Source of the DNA: Mobula hypostoma | Lineage: Eukaryota | Assembly (NCBI RefSeq): GCF_963921235.1 | Contig: NC_086100.1 | Location: forward strand, 200,758,001 to 200,822,000 | Direction: 5' to 3' | DNA: 64,000 nt | Shown: positions 58,615-64,000 of the stretch, one piece after another | How positions within the stretch are numbered: position 1 is the stretch's first letter | How the letters are laid out: every line of letters begins with the position of its first letter | Made by a program: the position numbers and the translations under genes | Notes under the pieces: generated by a model | Told to the model about the DNA's origin: nothing | Databases searched by the model: none | The model's input: the letters and a program-made list of their open reading frames with translations, nothing else

Positions 58615-61600
58615 AATTGTCAGGCCAGGCAGCTTCTAGGAAAAGAGTACAGTCGACGTTTTGAGCTGAAACCCTTCGACTGGAAGAAAAGGCTGAGGAG
58701 TTGTTTTAAGAGATGGGGGGAGGTGAACGAGTAAAACACAAGGCAATAGGTGAAACTGGGAGAGGGAGGGATGAAGTAAAGAGCTGGGACGTTGATTGGT
58801 GAAAGAGACTGAAGGCCGTGGAAGAGAGAAAAGGGGGAGGTGATGGGTGGGCAAGGAGATAAGGTGAGAGAGGGAAAAGGGGATGGGAAATGGTGAAGGA
58901 GGGGGTGGGGGATATTACTGGAAGTTAGAGAAGTCAATGTTCATGCCATCAGGTTGGTGGCTACCCAAACAGGATATAAGATGTTGTTCCTCCAACCTGA
59001 GTGTGTGGCTTCATCGCAACAGTGCTGGAGGCCATGGATGGACATATTGGAATGGGAATGGGAAGTGGAATTAAAATGGGTGGCCACTGGGATATCCCGC
59101 TTTTTCTGGTGGACGGAGTATAGATGGTCGGTGAGGCGGTCTCTCAATCTGCATAGGGTCTCACCAAGGTACAGCAGGCCACTGAACACAGAATATGACC
59201 CCAACAAGCTCACAGGTGCAGTGTTGCCCCACCTGGAAGTGTCACCTCACCTGTGAGGGAGAAGGTGTAGGGGCAGGTGAAGCACTTATTCCGCTTGCAA
59301 GGATAAGGGCCAGGAGGGAAATCAGTGGGGAGGGACGAATGGACAAGGGGTCACATAGGGAGCGATCCCTGTGGAAAGCAGAAAGTGGGAGGGGTGGGGA
59401 GGAGGGTAAGATGTGTTTGGTGGCGCAGTTCAGTTGGAGGTGGCGGAAGTTTTGGAGAATTATGTGCTGGACGCGGAGGCTGGTGGGGTGGTAGGTGAGG
59501 ACAAGGGGAACCCTGTCCCTGGTAGGGTGGCAAAAGGATGGTGTAAGAGCAGACGTGTGTGAACTGGAAGAGATGCAGTTGAGGGCAGCGTTGATGGTGG
59601 AGCATTGATGGCAGATGCAGCAGAGATAAAGCAAATGGTGTTTTTACAAGAAATAACACCATTTGGTGGGACGAGGTATAGTCCTGGTAGCTGTGACAGT
59701 CCGTGGGTTCATAATAGACATCGGTGGATGAGCTGTCTCCAGAGATAGAGACTGTGAGATCGAGAAAGGGGAGGGAGGTGTCGGAAATGGACCAGGTGAA
59801 TTTGAGGGCAGGGTGGAAGTTGGAGGCAAAGTGGATGAAGTTGATGAGTTCAGCACGGGTGCAGGAAGTAGCACCAATGCAGTCATCGATGTAGCGTAGG
59901 AAAATTGCAGGATGGTCGCCGGTGTAGGCTTGGAACATGGCCACCCCTTTTGTTTGAAGGAAATGGGAAGAGCCAAAGGAGAAATTATTTACAGTGAGGA
60001 CAAGTTCCGCTAAGCAGAGGAGAGTGGTGGTGGAGGGGAACTGGTTGGGTCTGGTGTCCAGGAAGGTAAACAGGGAGCTTTGAGGCCTTCCTGGTGGGGG
60101 ATGGAGATGTAGAGGGACCGGACATTCTTAGTGAAAGTAGGACGATGGGGTCCAGGGAACCTGAAATCATTAAAAAGATCAAGAGCATGTGAGGTGTCAC
60201 AGATGAAGGTAGGAAGGGATTGAACCAGGAGGGGATAAAACAGAGTCGAGGTATGCCGATATCACTTCAGTGAGGCAGGAACAAGCAGACAAACAATGGA
60301 TCTACCTGGACAAGCAGGTTTGTGGATCTTGGGTAGCAGATAGAAACGGGAGGTGCGGGTTGAGGGAACTATGAGGTTGATGGTGTTGGATAGGAGATCC
60401 CCTAGGTCAGTAAGGTTGGTGATGGTGTGGGACACAATGGCCTGGTATTCCTTAGTGGGGTGCTGTTCGAAGGGTAAGGAAGAGGAGATGTCAGAGAGTT
60501 GGCGCTGAGCCTCAGTAAGGTGGAGGTCAGTTCGCCAGACTACTACAGCTGCTTCCTTATCTGCGGGTTTGATGGTGACGTTAGGATTAGTGCGGAGAGA
60601 GTGGAGAGCAGAGCGTTCGGAAGGAGTGAGGTTGGAATAGGACAGATGAGTGTTAAAGTTAGACAGTTAATGTCCCGCCAGCGGCTGGCAATGAAGACAG
60701 AGCAGGCAGAAGACCAGGGCAGGGTGTCCAGGAAGAGGAGGAGGGTTGAAGACAGGAGAAGGGATCATCGGTGCGAGGTAGAGAGTCCTTGCCAAAGAAA
60801 TAGGCTCAGAGACGGAAGTGGTCAATGCCGCGGCGGGTGCGGAACTCACTGAGGTGTGGGCGCAGGGGACAAAGGAGAGGCCCTTACTGAGGACAGAACG
60901 TTCCGTCTCAGAGAGTGGAAGGTCGGAGGGAATGGTTGGCAAAGGAGAGGCCCTTACTGAAGACAGAACGTTCTGCCTCAGAGAGGGGACGGTCAGAGGG
61001 AGAATTGAATACCTGGGATCGGAGGAGGGAAGGGAGGTTTGGGTGTTCAGGAATGGTGGGGTAAGGGGATTGAATCTCCGAGGGCCCAAGAGCTGGTGGT
61101 GGGGCCTGAGAGTGACAGGATTGCGGGGTGGCGGTGGGGAAAGGGAGACGTGGGTTCCAGCGGCAGCATGCGAAGATCCAGCCTGGAGCTCAAGGCCGGA
61201 ATCAGAGTCACAGGTTGTGGAATCAGCACTTTGGAGGTGTCCAAAGTCATTGGAATCTACACTGATGACGGTGGAGTCTGGGTTATGAGTCCGCTCTGGA
61301 TTCTTTGAGTCATTGAGATCAGCAGCAGGGATCACGGTCTGGAGACAGCCAGGGCTGACGGCGTAGGAGGCAGCAGGTTCTGTGGTCTGTAGACAGGTGA
61401 CCTTCCGACCCTTGCAGGACATGAGAAAGTCAAACCGGCGATTGAAAGTGTGGATCCGGCGGAGGATAAAGAAGCATACAGGTCCATTACAGGCAGCGGA
61501 GAGAGAATCCCGGAGCTGTAGAAGTGACTGGGATAGGGACACCAGGCACCTCCTTATGGCGGAAAGCATGGAGCGTAGAATGCGGCGGGAACAGCAGAGG

Positions 61601-61795
61601 GAAGAGCAGTCAATTGAACGTGAGTACCTGGGGTCCTTGGAGGGTCCAAATCGAGCAGCTTGAATACAAATCTGGAAACGGTGTGGTACAAGCTGGCAGG
61701 AAGACATGCTCCCAGAAAGGACACGTGGCTGTAGTAGTGGGTCTGGGTAAGCACTTGGTCAAAGGGTCGGAGTTTCGGCTAGAGTTTGCCGGAAG
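58615..61795 (-). mobile_element. Older degenerate Penelope element
   Basis: Colinear with 2171-5525 (FLRYIDDC, LYLGET, ATHFNSTSHSH); many frameshifts; ~70-bp-period internal duplication at 60871-60990; decayed hammerhead at ~58651-58685. Confidence 0.9.
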
Positions 61796-62592
61796 GCAAG
61801 TGAGAGTCTCTGAGATCAGTTGGAAGGAAGTTCTATGGTCTGATGAAACCAAAATTGAGCTTTTGGCCATCAGACTAAATGCTATTTTTGGTGTAAGCCA
61901 AACATCACACATCATCAAAAGCACACCATCCCCACCGTGAAGCATGGTGGTGGCTGCATCATGCTGTGGGGATGCTTCACTGTAACAGGCCCTGGAAGGC
62001 TTGTGAAGGTAGAGGGTAAAATGAATGCAGCAAAATACAGGGAAATCCTGGAGGAAAACCTGATGCAGCCTGCAAAGGATATGCGACTTGGTAGAAGATC
62101 TGTTTTCCGGCAAGACAATGACCCCAAGCATAAAGGCAAAGCTACACAGGAATGAACAACAAGGTTAATGACCTGCAGTAGGCAGGTCAGAGTCCAGACT
62201 TCAATCCAATTGAGAATTTGTGGCTTGGCACAAAGGACTGTTCACTCACAATCCCCATGCAATCTGACAGGGTTTGAGCAGCGTTGTAAAGAAGAATGGG
62301 GAAAAATTGCAGTGCTCAGATGTGCAAAGCTGATAGAGACCTATCCACACAGACTCAAGGCTGTAATTGCTGCCAAAGGTGCATCTACTAAATACTGATT
62401 TATGCAATCAATAATTTTGTGTTCTATATTTGTAATTAATTTAGATCACTTTGTAGAGATCTGTTTTCACTTTGACGCTTTTTCTGTTGATCAGTGTCAA
62501 AAAAGCTGGATGAAATCCACTGTGATTCAATATTGTAAAACAGTAAAATATGAAAACTTCCAAGGCAGGGTGACTACTCTTTATTGGCGTTG
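61796..62592 (+). mobile_element. Tc1 transposon right half
   Basis: VLWSDETKIEL, KHGGGCIMLWGCF, QDNDPKH; right TIR remnant ending in tg|TA at 62592-62594. Confidence 0.85.
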
Positions 62593-62599
62593 TACCTGG

Positions 62600-62765
62600 G
62601 GTGTGTGCTGTATGGGACCGGAGCACATAACGGCTATTATACAGGTTCTCAGGCCGGCTACCCAGAAGCAGGTGAAGGCCCCTTTGGACATGACGAACTA
62701 TTGCAGACATTGGGTCCCTGAATATCGGCTCTATGATGCTGCCCTGCAAATCGCCATAACTCAAG
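62600..62765 (+). mobile_element. Class I (gamma/epsilon-like) ERV pol remnant
   Basis: GPEHITAIIQVLRPATQKQVKAPLDMTNYCRHWVPEY resembles the RT thumb motif P.T..Q...FLG...YCR.W.P. Confidence 0.6.
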
Positions 62766-62767
62766 CA

Positions 62768-64000
62768 GCCTGGAAGATTGCAAATGTCACGCCACTCTTT
62801 AAGAAGGGAGGAAGGCAAAAGAAAAGAAATTATAGATCAGTTAGCCTAACCTCAGTGGTTGGGAATGTGTGGGAGAATGAGGTTTCAAAGTACTTGGAGA
62901 CTAATGATAAAGTAAGTCAAAGTCAGCATGGTTTCTGTGAAGGGAAATCTTGCCTGACAAATCTGTTAAAATTCTTCAAGGAAGCAACAAGCAGAGTGGA
63001 CAAAGGAGAGACAGTAGCTGACATTTACTTGGATTTCAGAAGGTGTTTGATAAGGTGCCATACAAGAGGCTGCTTAACAAGATTAAATCTTATGGTGTTA
63101 CAGGAAAGGTACTGGTGTCGATAGAGGGATGGCTGACAGGCAGGAGGCAGTGAGTGGGAATAAAGAGGGCCTTTTCTGTTTGGCTGCCAGTGACTAGTTG
63201 TGTTCCTCAGGGGTCAGTATTGGGGTCTCTACTTTTCACATTGTTTGTCAATGATTTGGATAATGGAATTAATGGCTTTGTGGCAAAGTTTGTGGATCAT
63301 ACAAAGATAGGTGAAGGGGTAGGTCGTGCTGAGGATTGCAGCAAAACTTAGACAAATTGGAAGATTTGGGCAAATAGTGTTGGGAAATGAATGATAATGC
63401 ATTTTGGTAAAATGAACAATAGTGTGGACTATTATCTAAGTGGGCAGAAGGTTCAAACATCAGAGATGCAGAGGGGCTTGGGAGTCCTCATGCAAGACTC
63501 CCAGAAGGTTAATTTACAGGTTGAGTCTGTGGTAAAGAAGACAAATACAATATTGGCATTTATTTCAAGGGGAATAGAATGTATAAGCAAGGAGATCATG
63601 CTGAGCCTTTATAAGACACTAGTCAGGCTGTACTTGGAGTATTGTCAAGAGTTTTGTGCACCACATCTCAGAAAGGATGTGTTGTGATTAGAGAGTGTCC
63701 AGAGGAGGTTCACAGGGATGATTCCAGGAATGAAGGGGTTAACATGAGGAGCATTTGGTAGCTTTGGGCCTGTACTCACTGGAATTTAGGAGAATGTGTG
63801 GGGATCTCATTGAAACCTACCAAATGTTGAAAGGACCAGATAGGGTGGATGTGCAGAGGATATTTCCTACGGTGGGAGTAACCAGAACGAAAGGGCACAG
63901 CCTTAAAATTGAGGGGGCGACCCATTAGAACAGAGGTACAAAGGAATATTTTTAGCCATGGAGTAGTAAATCTGTGGAATGCTCTGCCACAGACTGTGAT
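62768..64000 (+). mobile_element. Decayed CR1 ORF2
   Basis: WKIANVTPLFKKG, SQHGF, PQGSVLG, LVRLYLEYC motifs. Confidence 0.88.

Noticed and set aside
62402..63124. 240-aa ORF as a novel gene
   Set aside because: Chance read-through across a Tc1 end, an ERV remnant and a CR1 fragment.

Overview
Eukaryotic vertebrate DNA, most likely a cartilaginous fish (inferred from the dense CR1 LINEs with (TTCTATGT)n tails, Penelope elements and V-SINE-like repeats). Most of the window is nested transposable elements. One host gene can be assembled on the minus strand: a CpG-rich CCAAT/GC-box promoter at ~55.3-55.6 kb, a probable non-coding exon 1, and coding exons 48228-48078, 34783-34617 and 32277-30992 joined by canonical, phase-compatible GT-AG sites. 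It encodes a ~534-aa leucine-rich-repeat protein with an N-terminal BC-box/Cul2-box-like motif, and has an apparent 1-nt frameshift at ~31755. The left 11 kb is a decayed retrovirus-like provirus (minus strand; LTR, tRNA-Asn PBS, gag, PR, YVDD-type RT, degenerate tether plus a second RNase H, IN), loki/spuma-like in architecture. It runs off the left edge, and a related solo LTR lies at 23.4-26.8 kb. Other elements: a near-intact Penelope element with an intact minimal hammerhead ribozyme, an internally deleted SCAN-gag (Gmr1-like) LTR element with both LTRs, PBS, PPT and TSD, a related solo LTR, a Tc1 element inflated to 8.5 kb by nested insertions, a palindromic mariner-type MITE and a small class I ERV pol remnant. 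Family assignments come from motif recognition only; no searches were run.
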